Positions 49,812 through 63,108 of a stretch of DNA of 64,000 nucleotides are shown piece after piece (position 1 is the stretch's first letter; every line of letters begins with the position of its first letter). The notes beneath the pieces are model-generated. The model searched no databases. It saw nothing but the letters and a program-made list of their open reading frames with translations, and had not been told where the DNA came from. A program made the translations under genes and the position numbers. Source of the stretch: Blasia pusilla (Eukaryota); the NCBI GenBank assembly GCA_050084515.1, contig CM114271.1, positions 17,050,001-17,114,000 on the forward strand. Direction: 5' to 3'.

Positions 49812-52405
49812 CCCCGATACGTTAATATCGTGCAACGTGATACTCGCGAGCTGCACGTGCTCTTCGCCCGATGGACATGGCTCCTTCTTCAGCTGTTACC
49901 ATCGATGCCCTCCGGAGGCTACATCCTCGTCCAGCGGTTGACATTCCAGCTTTTGCACGTGACTTCCATCGACACGGCTATATGCCTTGACTGTCCCCTC
50001 TTTGCACGGGCACTCGGGCGTTCTCCGAGGATTGCGGCGGAGGTTTTATGCGGTATGATGTACGAACACCTTCGTGATTGCTTTCTACGAGGACACCGCT
50101 AGCGGCTTCTCCGAGTTGCTTCAGGTTGCCTCTCACCTAGCTCAGGGGAGAGTGCCAACAGCAGTAGCCCAAGTATTAGGGGCGGGGCGACTTTTGGCGT
50201 TGTCGAAGGAGGGTGGTGGTATCCGTCCGATTGCCATAGGTGAGGTGCTCTTGCGGTTGGTAAGTCGTACTCTCGCTTTGCAATTCCGTGAGGCTTTCCA
50301 GTCACATCTGAGTCCGCATCAGTTTGGAGTTGCCACGCCAGCCGGATGTGAGACGGTTGCCTTAGGTTTGAGGGCTTGTCTAGATGTACATCAGAGGGTG
50401 GTTCTCCAAGTGGGCGTGGAGAACGCCTTCAACTCAGTATCTCGGGCTACTACATTCACAGAGTTGAGGGACGCGGGTGGCCCCATGGCGAGCCTCATTC
50501 CCTTTGTGCAGGCTTTCTATGGGGCCCCTTCGGCCCTCTATTTCCACCATGGTCGATTCGAGGAGGAGGTCACGGTCTTGGAGTCTGCTATCGGGACTCG
50601 TCAGGGTGACCCTCTGGGTGGCGCGTTGTTTTCTGTGGCTCATTACCGGCGGTTCTTTCTACGGTGGAGGCTTTCCGGGTTGCATGTTCCCTTTGGAGAT
50701 GATACTCATATTGTTGGTCCTGGAGATCTGGTTGTCCCTGCATTCGAGCACTTTTCAGCACGGCTGGTTGGCACGTGTCGGCCTGGCGGTGAAGGTGGGG
50801 AAGTGCAAGGCTTGGTCTCCATCAGGCCTACGTGATGATCTACATTTACCCGACGGCTTCTTGCGACCTGTCGGAGGGCTTCGAGTCTTGGGAGTCCCGC
50901 TCGGGAGCCAGGACTTTGTATCGAGTTTTGTGGCAGCGGCTCTTACCGAGGATCTTCTCCACGTTGATGATCTTACGAGGATTGGTGACCCTCAAGTCGC
51001 CTTCGGCATTCTCTCTTCTTGTTTTGCTCGTAGACCTGGTTACCTCACTAGAACTGTGTGGACATCTAGTCACCTTTCTTCCCTATATAGATCCTTTGAT
51101 AGGAAGCTCATGCAGGTGTTTGGGGATCTTCTAGGACCCGGCTCCTTAGAGTGCCCCATGGGGGAGTTAGCTCGTAGACAGGCCTCTTGGCCGATTTCCT
51201 TTGGTGGAGTAGGTCTTCTCTCGGCCGAGTTAGTGGCGCCCTCCGCTTTTTTTAGGGAGTTGGGCCACGGTGGCACCCTCCTTTGCTCCCGATTTTTGGT
51301 TAGAGATAGACCGCTCCTTCTACACCACGTCTCCCGTGTCGAGGATGCCTCTTTCCCACTTTGAGTCTTCACTCACGGCTTGTAGAGATTCCCTTCGAGT
51401 TGAGGCGAGCCGTTCTCCCCACTTTCTCCTCCTTAGTTACCTCCGGTCGATCTGGGCTCCAATCTTCCTTGATGGAAGCCCACTTTGAGGCAGTTTTTAG
51501 AGGCACTATGTCCGACGGGAATATCCCCATGGAGGTTAGGGCCCATATTCGCTCTTGCTCCGGAAAGGGGCAGGCTCATGGGTAGGGGCGCCCCTTCTCC
51601 AAGCTTTCCGTGATCGCACCACTTACCTATACCACGATGCGGTTCCGCTTGGGCCTCCCCAACCATCGGTGGTTGGTTCGACACACCTGCGAGTGTCGCC
51701 GAGCCTGGATCCACTTGGTGTGCATTTGGCATTTGTCGATTGGGGTGAGAGGATAGCCACTCACGATGCAAAGGCGGGATATCATGTTCGAGATTGCTCG
51801 GGAGAGTGGCTTCCATGTGCAGAGAGAGAGGCACTACTCCATGCGGGATTCCCTCATTCGTGCCGATCTCTACATGACACGTGAGGCTGAGGTGGTTGTG
51901 GCGGACGTGGTAGTCAGAGATCCTACGCGGGAGGCAATGCGAGCCCAAGTGGTGGCCCAAGGGCGAATGCTACAAGGAGCGGCGGCGGCGGCGGTGAAGA
52001 AGACACATATCTACAGTCGACTACACAAGGGACACATCTTCATCCCCCTGGCCATAGAGATGTATGGGGCTATGGGGGAGAGGTTCGACTCGTTCCTTAC
52101 GGACTGCGCCCATCATCTCCACTCGAGAAATGGGTTGTCCTTAGCTACTGCAATTCTATATTGTAGGCAGCGGGTCTCCATAGCGTTGCAGCGTGCCCAG
52201 GCTAATGGGATTTTGCGGCGGGCTCAGGCTGTGGGAGACGCCGGCACTAGAGGCCCACTTAGTAGTAGTCATAGCTCTCTTGTTGTTGCTGATATTGTCG
52301 CTGCTGTTGGTGAGTTTCGTCCTTTTCTGGTTTGGACTCTTTGAGTCCCCCTCTTTTGTACTTCCGATGGGTTTTCCATCACTCGTTTTTATCGAAGTGC
52401 ATCTT
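49812..52405 (+). mobile_element. Non-LTR retrotransposon with RT + CCHC-like knuckle + restriction-like endonuclease (CRE-like clade), probably 5'-truncated, frameshifted
   Basis: GGIRPIAIGE, QFGVA..GCE, ENAFNS, GTRQGDPLGG, GDDTHIVG; TCEC../LDPLGVH..ERIATHD; RLE RADL..VVADV..FIPLAIEMYG..RQRVSIALQRAQA. 12-bp direct repeat TATTAACGTAGG at 49800-49811 and 52406-52417. Confidence 0.92.
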
Positions 52406-53114
52406 TATTAACGTAGGGGCCAGAGTCGTTAAACTGAAGCAAATGAAGGCTAGCGACGCATGCGTGCGGAGGAGTCCAGGAGAGGCCGCGGAAGCCGTGG
52501 GCCCAAGCAGAAGGAGTCGCAGCCGAAGCAGAGGGAGTCGAGCCGAAGCGGAAGGAGTCGGAGCCGAAGCAGAGGGACGGAGTCGCAGGAGAAGAAGAGA
52601 AGCAGTCACGGCTTCAGAATTGCATGTGAGCTGCTTTGATTGAGTGTGGAGATTGGAAGCTCGCGAAGCCACAGCGCAGGACCAGCATCCCGGAGTGTTC
52701 GTCCGCTGCCGTGCGTGCGCCGAGAGCGTGTTTTGAGTGGAGTGACGGACGGAGGGGAAGGGGTTGGATTGGATTGGATTGAGCGCGAAGAAAAACCAAA
52801 AACCAAGAAAGAGAGGGAGCGCGTTGATTTTGGAAGGGAGGGACTTTTTGATTTCACGGCATTGTGGAGGAGTGGCAAAGGCAGACAGCGTTGCTGGGAT
52901 TGTGTGGGAAGAAGAAACGCGTTGAAAAGAGGACTCTGTTGCCGGAAGGGAGGTGCGTTTTGATTTCGCTGCGCTCTGGGGAAGCGGTGCAGGATTTTGG
53001 ACGACGGGAGAGGTCGGCTGTGGAGTGGCGGAGCGGAGGAGAGGAGAGGAATTCGTTGGTGTGGAAGCGGACGGATAGCTGCGGAGGTTGATTGCGGGAC
53101 AGAGAGGAGGAGGA

Positions 53115-56100
53115 ATGGAGAGCTTGATAGGTTTGGTGAACAGGATACAGAGGGCGTGCACGGTGCTGGGGGATTATGGAGGGGACAGTGCGCTCCCGAC
53201 GCTGTGGGAGGCGTTGCCATCAGTTGTGGTGGTGGGAGGTCAGGTGTGTGAATGAATCGTCTTCTCACCACAATTGTGGCCCCTGTTTGACAGTCTTTTC
53301 CTTCTCTGCCGATGTCCATGGTCTCGTCTTGGGGGAATAGCCGTGGAAGCTCATGACCAAGAGTTCGCAGGGGCCCGGAGGTGCCTCTGGTATTCTGAGC
53401 TTGCATGCAGTTTGTTCAAGCTCTGCTTTGGACTTGGCGGAGTCTGGAGTGACTTGTAGACTTGCGTCCCTGAGTGAGAAACTGCGGGTCGTCTTCTCTC
53501 CTCCGGTGCAATATGTTGAGTGCCTTAGGTGCGATCTTATTTGCACGGCCTCAAGACGAACCGGGTTGAGTTTCAGGCGTTACTCCGGAGTTGCCTTGGA
53601 AGAACTGCCATGGCTTGGCTTCGAAACTGGAGCGCCTCCGTCTTTACTTGTCATCCGAAACTCCTTTCATCCTTTTTTCTCTTCCTGACGCATAAGTCGA
53701 GCTCTGAGATGAGATATTGCTTTCACGCTTTCGAGGGAGTGTCCGAATTTCAAACCAGAAATCGTTTTGTATTTTGCAGAGCTCGGGCAAGTCATCCGTT
53801 CTAGAGAGTATTGTTGGGAGAGATTTTCTTCCTCGAGGCTCAGGTGAGACTTTGCCCACCTGCAAGCGTATAATGTCTGCGTCCTTCAGCTGTCGAACTT
53901 CACTCTTTGTGGTTAGAGAGAGCATTCGAGGAGATGGAGTGGGTGGATGTACGAGACAATGAACGAAGTGGTCTCTTTACTACTGGGACGCGAAAGGGCC
54001 GTGATATTCGAAATTGCGAGATAATGAGTGAATGGATTCATCGTCCACGATTTGCAAAATCTATGGGACTTGAAATTTCAATATTCGAAGCGCCTAAACT
54101 CTGCAGATTAAGTATGACATGTGACGGCCAAAGAAGATTATCAGGATAGATATTCCAGAGATATGTTTCCACCTCTCTCGTAATACTTCGGTTGGTTCCT
54201 CAGTGCCGTGTTGCGGGTAGCACGCTCTCACTGCTCGGGTTACCCGGCAACTGTTCCATTACCGTTCAGCGATCTCTGCTGCCTCAGCTTGGCAATGTCG
54301 CGTCCATCCCCCATAGGAGCCTCTCCAAAGTCAGATCTAAGACCGACCTTGGGGATTCGTGAGGGGTTTAGGCTTTAATTTTTTGAATCCATACTAGGCC
54401 CAAATCACTCTATTGTAAGGATCTACCTTCAAACTTCGATGAAGTAGTTCCCAGAAACGCTTTCAGCTGCACCACATCGAGCCTGTTCCGTTGTTTGGTC
54501 TTGGCATCCCGAGCTACAGAACGACAGAGCTCCTGCAGTGGAAGAACCCTGTGAAGCTGTTCACCTTTCTCAGCAGTCTTCTTGATTTGAGAATCCTGAT
54601 GCAATCTTCTGAGAATTCAATGCCCAGGTAATGGTACCTAGGCTTCCCGGGGATCTTCTCTTCTGCTCAGTACTTTTTCTGATCGGGGTGCTCGTCCTTG
54701 TGAGTAGATATCAACGATTATGGTCAGGGATATGACTTCCCTAAGTTTTACTTGGGTTTTCTCTCTGGTGCCAAAGTCAACAACTGTGCTATCATTCACT
54801 GTCCTTCAAATCTTTCAGTAAGCAGTTGACAAAAAGATTGCAGAGGGGAGGGAGAGCTTGAAAGTCTTTGGGCCACTCCCCGATTGGTATGGGAAACCCC
54901 AGTTTACTGACCTCTCACCAGAACTGTACTCATTCTATTGTCTTGCAACCTCTCTGCCACACTGTACATTTTACCTCTGAACCTCAGCTTTCACTGGCTA
55001 CAGCACAAGTCGCCATGTCGGAGAGTGTCATTTGCCTTCTTGAAGTAGGTTGGCCAACCTTGTATCTCCTGTGGAGGGGTGTGCTGTCTGAAGGTCAACG
55101 CGTCTTCTGGACCATTGAAAACCTCCTGGGCTTCCTTGATGGCATCATTCTCCTCCAAGTATGAGGAGATCATACCATGCTCAACAGCTTGCTACAACTG
55201 TAATTGCCAGAGTCTTCACATTGAGCTTTCTTGAAGCTATTTACTACGATTCCCATCATCCGAGGAATGACATCTGCCTGCTAAACGAGGTTAATCAGAC
55301 TCACTAGAGAACCAGCCATGGCAGCATCTTGACCAAGTCAAGCAACCAACTTCTTTGTAGTGCAACTCTGATTGCTGCTTTCACCTCTGCCAGGGAGAAG
55401 CAATCATTGGATGGGTTGTTCAACTCAGTGTCATGGTTCACTTTTTCCTGTTGGACCTTAACAAAATTCTCTGCCTTCCTCTGCAAAATCTCCATTGGTG
55501 CGGTGGTGCCCTGTTTGGATGGAACTGGAGGTTCTGTACTCTTAAAGTAGCGTCTGTCATAGCCTTGCCACTCTAGACCTTGCGCCCTGGTTGGATGGAA
55601 CTATAGAGAGAAGAAAACTATCCATGTAGCTGACTATGGTTGGGTTACTGCAGGAATTGTCACAAGACGGCCTTTGGTGTTACAGCTTCATAAAATTGAG
55701 GAAGGTTCTGATTATGCCGAGTTTCTTCATCTACCGAGAAGGAAGTTCACCGACTATGGTAAATTTGCAGTAGTCCTCTGTGGTGATAGGCTGCTCTGAA
55801 ATCTGTATGTTCTTGTAGCTTCTATTCAGCTGAGGAGGTGCTGAAAGACATTGAGTTTTAGTTTTAGTTTTGTGTATGTATATTTTCGGGACGACATTTT
55901 CAGATTTTGTTCGTTCTTTACTGTCTATCTAGTTAGGAGAACCTCTATGTTTGTGATGTAATGCACACCTGGCCTATTAGTATCTGTGATTCATCAATTT
56001 CCATGAGGTAACCTGCAAGTTTCCAATGTTGCAGCACTTGTCCGGAAGGAAATCTCTGATGAAACTGACAGAGTTACGGGTCGCAGCAAAATGATATCAC

Positions 56101-59100
56101 CTGTTCCCATCCACCTCAGCATCTACTCTTCCAATGGTAATGGGTTGGACTGTTTATAATTTGCAGTGGATTGCCCATCTCTCCATAGCATAAGGCTCAA
56201 GGAGATTTTTGACTGGATTTGTCATTCGTTGTCCTTTTACAGAAATTGTGGAACATTTTATCAGTCATAATTCTTCACCCAACACAGAGTTTCTTGTCTG
56301 GTCATCCGAATTGGGTGGTACAAGGAATTTCAATTGGGTCAAGTGCATTGTAAGCAGTTTCTCTGATGACTGGCCAATGCTGACCCAACTGTTTTTGTGG
56401 TGATTGCAGTTGTGAATTTAACTCTCATTGATCTCCCTGGTTTGACAAAAGTTGCAGTCGGTAAGTTCCTGGAAATTTCTCCACCTCTGAATATTTAATA
56501 CTGCATTACTCTGTCATCGCTTCCATGTACTGAATCATGATATTTGGAAAATACAGAGGGGCAACCAGATAGCATTGTATATGATATTGAGAACATGGTC
56601 CGATCGTATGTTGAAAAGGTGTGTTCTCATTTTTTATTTCCATATTACATGCCAATCAGTTGCCATATTTTTCTGTCAATTCCTTTGAGCCTCTTCCTGC
56701 TGGAGGCGGGAAAACTCATTGGTTTCTGTTTGTGCTGTCAACTTCACTCAGTCTCCTGGTTTTTACTACCATATCCTTGCAATATTATTGTGTCTGTGAA
56801 TACTTCGTTCTGCCAATTCTCTGTCTTTAATATGTGTTAACGTTTTAAATTGAGTAGGAATACTCGAATGGCCCACGTCTGAATCTGAGATTATTCACTT
56901 GTTTGGTTGTTGTGAATATGCAGCCTAATTCAATTATTCTTGCGATATCTCCAGCGAATCAGGATATTGCCACTTCAGATGCGATTAAGCTGGCCAGAGA
57001 AGTGGATCCTCAAGGTAGAAATTTGGCTTTTGTTGTAAACTTCACTGTTAGAGGGACTGGAATGCATGGGTAGGATTTGATGTCAATTGTGAATGTCCCA
57101 GGTTTATGAAGCTGAACTCTTGGTGTTAGTAGTATATTTTCATTGTACATGGGGTTGTCAAGTCCTCCCTGGTTGCGTTGTAATTAAAGGTCATGTGTAG
57201 GGTTGTAGTATGTGGGAATCTTGAAAGCCAAAGGGACTTTAACATATAGCATCATTGGGCCTCAGTGTCTTCTTGTGGGTACAGTGTTTGCAGCTCTAAT
57301 ATCTTTCACTTGCTTGTATGACAGGTGAACGAACATGGGGTGTGCTCACAAAGCTTGATTTAATGGACAGGGGTACAAATGCTTTAGATGTGAGTAATAC
57401 TCTATGATCCAATTTACTAGAGGGAGCGGTCATTTCCTTATACTCTCATCAGAGGCCGAAGATTGGCTTGCTCAACATTTCATCTGGTTGGCAGCTATGT
57501 AGGTTACCTGAGTGTTTGAAAAGAATCCCACTATTCTCGACTGTGGTAGGATTTAAGGAAAATTTGAAGTTACGTCTGATTGAATGTTAGTTTGGAAGTA
57601 TTTCTAGAAGAATGTGACTGGGTGAATTTGTAATTTTGGGTAGGCTTGACCTTCAAGTTTTTGGAGAGTTGGGTGTTGGTGAGTTCTTTATGCATGGAAA
57701 ACTTATGGTTTGATTATGTGTATCTAGGTTTTGGAAGGACGTGCATACCGGCTTCAGCTGCCTTGGATTGGAGTTGTCAATCGTTCTCAAGCTGACATCA
57801 ACAAAAATGTAGATATGATAGCTGCACGACGCAGGGAGCGTGAGTACTTTCAGAACAGTCCGGATTATGGACATTTAGTGAACAAAATGGGGTCGGAGTA
57901 TCTTGCAAAGATGCTTTCCAAGGTGGGACATGGATGCCTGTCCTATGAAATGTAGCTTGTATGCTTGTATTTTCTTAAAGGCTATGCTGAGCAAGTAGCG
58001 GATTTTCCCTTTAATGTAGATGAATCATAGGAATTTTTCACCTCACAGATGCAGTATCTTTGAAAGCTCTAGTGTCTATGCAAGTAGGTAAATCTGGAAA
58101 TAAAAAACACAGAAGAAAACAAACAAGAAGCTTTAAATTTTTCGTACTCGAAACAGAAAGTTTCCTGTTAATGAAGCCTCTAAATTCAGAAACTTGAAAC
58201 GAACCTTGAAAGATTTCAGGTCCTGATCTGTGTTAATGAAAACCTCGGTGCAGCATTTGGAAACAGTGATCAAGTCTCGCATTCCAAGTATTCTGGCCCT
58301 CATCAACAAGACCATTGATGAATTGGAGGCCGAAATGAATCAATTGGGTAGACCAATTGCTCTGGATGCGGGGGTAAGCTTCTGCATCCATTTTTTGCTA
58401 TGGATTAGGTGTGGGCTCTCACAAATGTGTTGCGTGTATGTGCATGACACAGAATTTTTTGTATCTTTTTCAGCCTGATGGTATCAAGCTATCATCTTAC
58501 TGAGTTCCGATGAATGTGTGCAGGCACAACTTTATACCATTTTAGAGCTCTGCAGAGCTTTTGATCGCGTTTTTAAGGAACATCTTGATGGAGGGTGAGA
58601 ACTTTAATGCCCTCTTCACATTTGCAGTGCAGGATTATTTCCTGTCCGGTCATTATTGCAAAATACACATTGGATGGGGAGCACCCTAAAAGAAAACTTA
58701 GTTCCCCTGCTTAGGTTTTTGCTGGCCCTTTCAAACATGTAACTGGATCACTTTGTAAATTAGTGTGTGTGTGTATATTGAGTGTGACAGGCGACCAGGT
58801 GGTGAGCGAATCTACGGTGTATTTGACAATCAGCTCCCTGCTGCACTTAAGAAGCTGCCTTTTGACAAACACTTGTCTATGAACAATGTTAGGAAAGTTG
58901 TCACTGAAGCGGATGGTTACCAACCACATTTGATAGCTCCTGAGCAGGGTTACCGACGCCTGATCGAGACTTCCATAGCTTACTTCAAAGGTCCTGCAGA
59001 AGCGGTGGTTGATGCGGTAAGCTTCAAGGGCCCCTTTCCAAGATGGACATTATACCAATATGGATATAATCACTCCTAAAAGACAATTTCTGACGTCTAG

Positions 59101-60290
59101 TAACCTCTTTGAATGCCAGCAAATTAGATTCTTGGCGTTGGATCTGTGTCTCAGTTAAGTAGTGATATTTGAGCGTTTCCTCTGATATACCTCTGCCATC
59201 ATGTCCTGTTTCTCTGCAGGTCCATGCCATTCTCAGGGATCTGGTCCGGAAATCAGTCAGGGAGACTCAGGTAGGAGCTTACATGTTCTGTCAGTGTTTC
59301 TGGGGCATCCACATGGACTTGGAGTGTGGTTTATCCCTTGCATTGCATTACACTGATTGATTTGACAATACTCTGGATACAGGAATTGAAACGGTTCCCC
59401 ACTCTCCAAGCAGAGCTCGCAGCTGCTGCAACCCAAGCATTGGAGTCATATAAGGAAGATAGCAAGAAGACAGCACTGAAACTAGTGGAGATGGAGGCCA
59501 GTTATCTTACAGTAGATTTTTTCAGGAAGCTGCCCCAGGAAATGGAAAAAGGAGGGAATGCGGTTGCTAGCATGGACCGGTATACTGAGGGGCATCTCCG
59601 ACGCATTGGTAAGGTTCAGTGGCATTTACAGATCATGACTTTGTGAACACTCTCTCCAATTTCTCTTTTGTTTGTTGCCTCCCCTCACACCATAGGATCT
59701 GTGTTGACGGTTCTGGTGGACCTGTGTTCAGGCTCAAATGTATCTGCATATGTTGGCATGGTAATGGATCTACTCCGGAACTCAATTCCCAAAGCTGCTG
59801 TGCACTGTCAAGTCAGAGAGGCCAAACGTTCACTTCTGGACAGTTTCTACACACAAATTGGAAAGAAAGAGGTATGTCACTAGCGTCCCTTTCTACCAGG
59901 GTTTGTAACTTTGCCTACTGACTTGAACTGGATTGGGGCGCTAGCTGTTGTGTGGGTTGTAATGGAGTAGTGAGGTTTGAGGTTGCTTGACTTTAAGAGT
60001 TGCATCCTTAGTTAAGGGGGTTGATACTCATAAGGTAGAACTTTAAAGTGGTGAAGATACTTTAGAGTGGTGAAGATACCGAGAAGACTTTAGCCAAAGG
60101 TTTGGAATGTCTGTGGAATGTATACTAAAATCATACGCGGATGTATGTATCGTTTCAACAGGGAAAGCAGTTGTCAGTTATGCTAGATGAAGATCCAGCA
60201 ACAATGGAACGCCGAGTTGCCTGTGGGAAGAGGCTGGAATTGTACAAAAATGCCCGGGATGAGATTGACTCCGTTGCTTGGGCGAAGTAA
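53115..60290 (+). CDS. DRP1: Dynamin-related protein 1 (phragmoplastin/DRP1 family), 16 exons, 608 aa
   Basis: Exons 53115-53243, 53780-53843, 55654-55758, 56035-56136, 56410-56460, 56557-56618, 56924-57014, 57325-57389, 57728-57922, 58254-58373, 58524-58594, 58791-59016, 59220-59270, 59383-59608, 59732-59871 and 60162-60290 total 1827 nt in frame. [33 protein letters not shown], ending EIDSVAWAK*. Confidence 0.96.
54700..55450 (-). pseudogene. Decayed LINE reverse-transcriptase relic in DRP1 intron 2 (antisense)
   Basis: Minus-strand fragments in RT order: [71 protein letters not shown]. Confidence 0.6.
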
Positions 60291-61119
60291 ATGTAATATG
60301 TTCTGCATTCAGTACACAGAAAAGTATAGATTGTCAGATGACTGTAATGTGTATGTGCAGCTGTAAAATGAACACTAATTTTTGATAGATTCCTTGTGGT
60401 TTGAAGTCAGTTTGGTTCTCATTTTGGAAATTAGAATTAGGAATACGGAAAATAACCTCGAGATGTTTCCTAAAAGGGAGAACAAGGGATCTAGCGATTC
60501 TTTTTGCAGGACACCTAGGACTATTGTGCATACTGTGGCAGTAGGTCCTCTACGCCCTCACCGGTACTGTAAACACTCAGCTTTTCCAGCAAGAGTTCCT
60601 CTCGAGGACTGTAGAGATTATTAGTCAATATCCTCTTCCGGATGTTTTGGATGTACGTATATATATACTGATATCAATCATAATTTTGACCAAAGAAAGA
60701 ATTGCCAGTGGTATTTTGAAAGCCCTTTTTTTCCACTATCGGAGATGTCTCCTTTCTTTAACATTGCCGTGTCTGGTTCCCTTCCAACCTCTCCCCCATC
60801 TCCTTCCAAAACTAAAATTGCATGTCCCTTCATCATCTGGCTACTCCATCTCTTGCCTTGCTCCAGGGCGGTGTTACTGACGTGGGTCTTCAAGACACCA
60901 CACCTCCAAGTTGAGGTGTGGTGTCTAGTCTGTACACTCTAGAGTGGTTTCGCGCTTGGTGGACTTGATCTAAAAAACCGTTGATATGTCATGGGTGTAA
61001 AGCTCAGGCCCTGTGTACCAAGGCTCTAGTCTCCTTTTGTGTGTGCCTTGGAAGAATCCACATGAGGGCCAGAGGATATGTGTGCAGAAACTACGCTCCG
61101 GTGAGGGACTAGTTCTTAT

Positions 61120-61545
61120 AAAAACGCTGACTTCCGTATTACGCACTCTGCCGGGGACGACTGCAAGTAATAGTCGCGGGCTTTTGCCCTCCGCTTGTGA
61201 CAGCTTGGGAAAAGAAACGTACTTTTCACTCGAGCCCTCCGCCCGTGCGAGCTCGGGAATTAAAAGGAGTGGCTTTTTACTCGAACCCTCCCCCGAGTCC
61301 CCCCTGTGGCAGTTTGGCGATTAAAAGAACTGGCTTTTTAACCGACAGTTCTGAAATAAAAGTCAGTGCCTTTCGGTGCACGCCCTCCGATGGCGACAAA
61401 AAAATACGCTCGATGGACGCACGCCATCCGGCGGCGACAAAAAGTGACTGTTGACGCACGCCTTCTGGACGGTGATAAGAAAACGGAGACTTTTCACGCA
61501 CGCCCTCGGCTCGTGACGGAAACGCACGCCCTGGTAACGGCCTGT
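61120..61545. repeat. Degenerate 40-60 bp tandem array (A-run + ctttt + gcacgcc/tcga.ccctcc core)
   Basis: GCACGCC recurs five times in ~61378-61530, each of the first four after an A-tract; related tcga(g/a)ccctcc units lie upstream. Confidence 0.6.
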
Positions 61546-63066
61546 CCCGGTAGTGGGACCAGGCCGTTAATAACGCGGCGGAGGCCATTCGACCTTCAGC
61601 GTGATATCCAGACGTCAGCTCTTACCCTCGTCCCGACTCCCGACAAACGCTTCGTCACCTCGTCAGCGTCACTGGAGCCGACGTCCGGGGCTAACCGTAG
61701 TTACGTGCTCACCCAACGGCCGGGCAGAACCGGAGTTACCTGCTCACCCTAAACGGTGAGCCCTACTATTACGTAAAGTGTATATTAAATTCCCATGGAA
61801 ACGCATTGTCTCCTTCTACAAAAGACGGGCAGGCGATGTGGATGGCTCGGGAGATTATGTGTTATGTATTGTGGAGAGATTAGGTGGACCTCTCCCGTGA
61901 TACTAAGGGATTTGTTATGTGAAATTGTTCCATATGTGCTAGTCCTTTTCTCGATGAAGAATGTGACCTAAATTGTACCTTTATCGACACTTGCCCATCT
62001 CTCTCTCTCTCCTTGCCTCAAAGAGACCATCATATGCTAATCGTGAGTGAAGAGCAATGTTTCGTCATTAGGATGATTTGATAGCATGGCTTCACGGGAA
62101 ACATTTCTTTCTACTTTTGTTTGTTTGTTTTTTCTCTACTCATTCTTCACAACGCCATCTTGTGGAATCTTCTTAATTTTCAACGTGTCAAGTTTTTGTA
62201 CGGGAATGAAGAGTTTTCGTGCAACACTTCGGTTAAGATCGGAGCTCTAGCCTGACATGCTTAGGAGTAAGATAACCCGCAATAGTGGGTCTTCTATTTG
62301 TTTGTGGCGATTTGGAGCCTAATTGAGGAATTCATAATTTCAAGGAAGTTACATATTGATGAGAGTTGATTTTCTATTTATAGAAAATTTGATGAAAGTT
62401 TCCCTTGATCCACTATTGTAGGTTTAGGTTCAAGGAGATGACTTGCCTGCGTAGGTTATCAAGGGGAGGACTTGGAGAGAGAGAGAGAGAGAGATTGGTA
62501 TTTGTGAGAACTATTCCTATTTCATTGGAGATATTTTGGTAGCTTCTCACAGTCTCACTTCCATGTTTGGATTTAATGGATGAATGAGTTAGTGCAGTGT
62601 TTTGAATGTTTGATTAGTGATAGCGAGGTATGTTGTATAATGATATGTATGTTTGTAACAAAGGGCTTCCAATAGAGATATCCGGAATTGATACTTCTAA
62701 CACAATATAAGTTGAAAGTATATTACACAATTTAAAAGGAAAATAATGGTTTCTAATACTCATAAATCTTAGATTTATTTGTGAGTTGTAGTAGTGGTTT
62801 TTATACACTTGTGTTTTACTCTATGATTCAATTTATATTGTGAGTAAAGTACTTGCAATTTTTCCTTTACTTGTAAATCTTGTGCAGATTTCTCACAATT
62901 TTGGAGCGTAATCTGTTTCTTCAAATTGAGGATGGATTTATTTCATTTATTTAAATCTTTGCATACAAAATTTACAAAGAAAAACAAGAAAAGATCTTTG
63001 TGTATGTATTTTTAGAGAGAGAATGAATAAATGAATAGATTTATTGTCCACGGGGATCCCACAGGG

Positions 63067-63071
<5 letters not shown>

Positions 63072-63105
<34 letters not shown>
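63072..63105. repeat. (GA)n microsatellite
   Basis: Direct inspection; a shorter GA run lies at ~62476. Confidence 0.95.

Positions 63106-63108
<3 letters not shown>

Noticed and set aside
52379-53406. Long minus-strand ORFs (260 and 266 aa)
   Set aside because: Antisense shadows of the GA-rich 5' region and first exon of DRP1; low-complexity translation.
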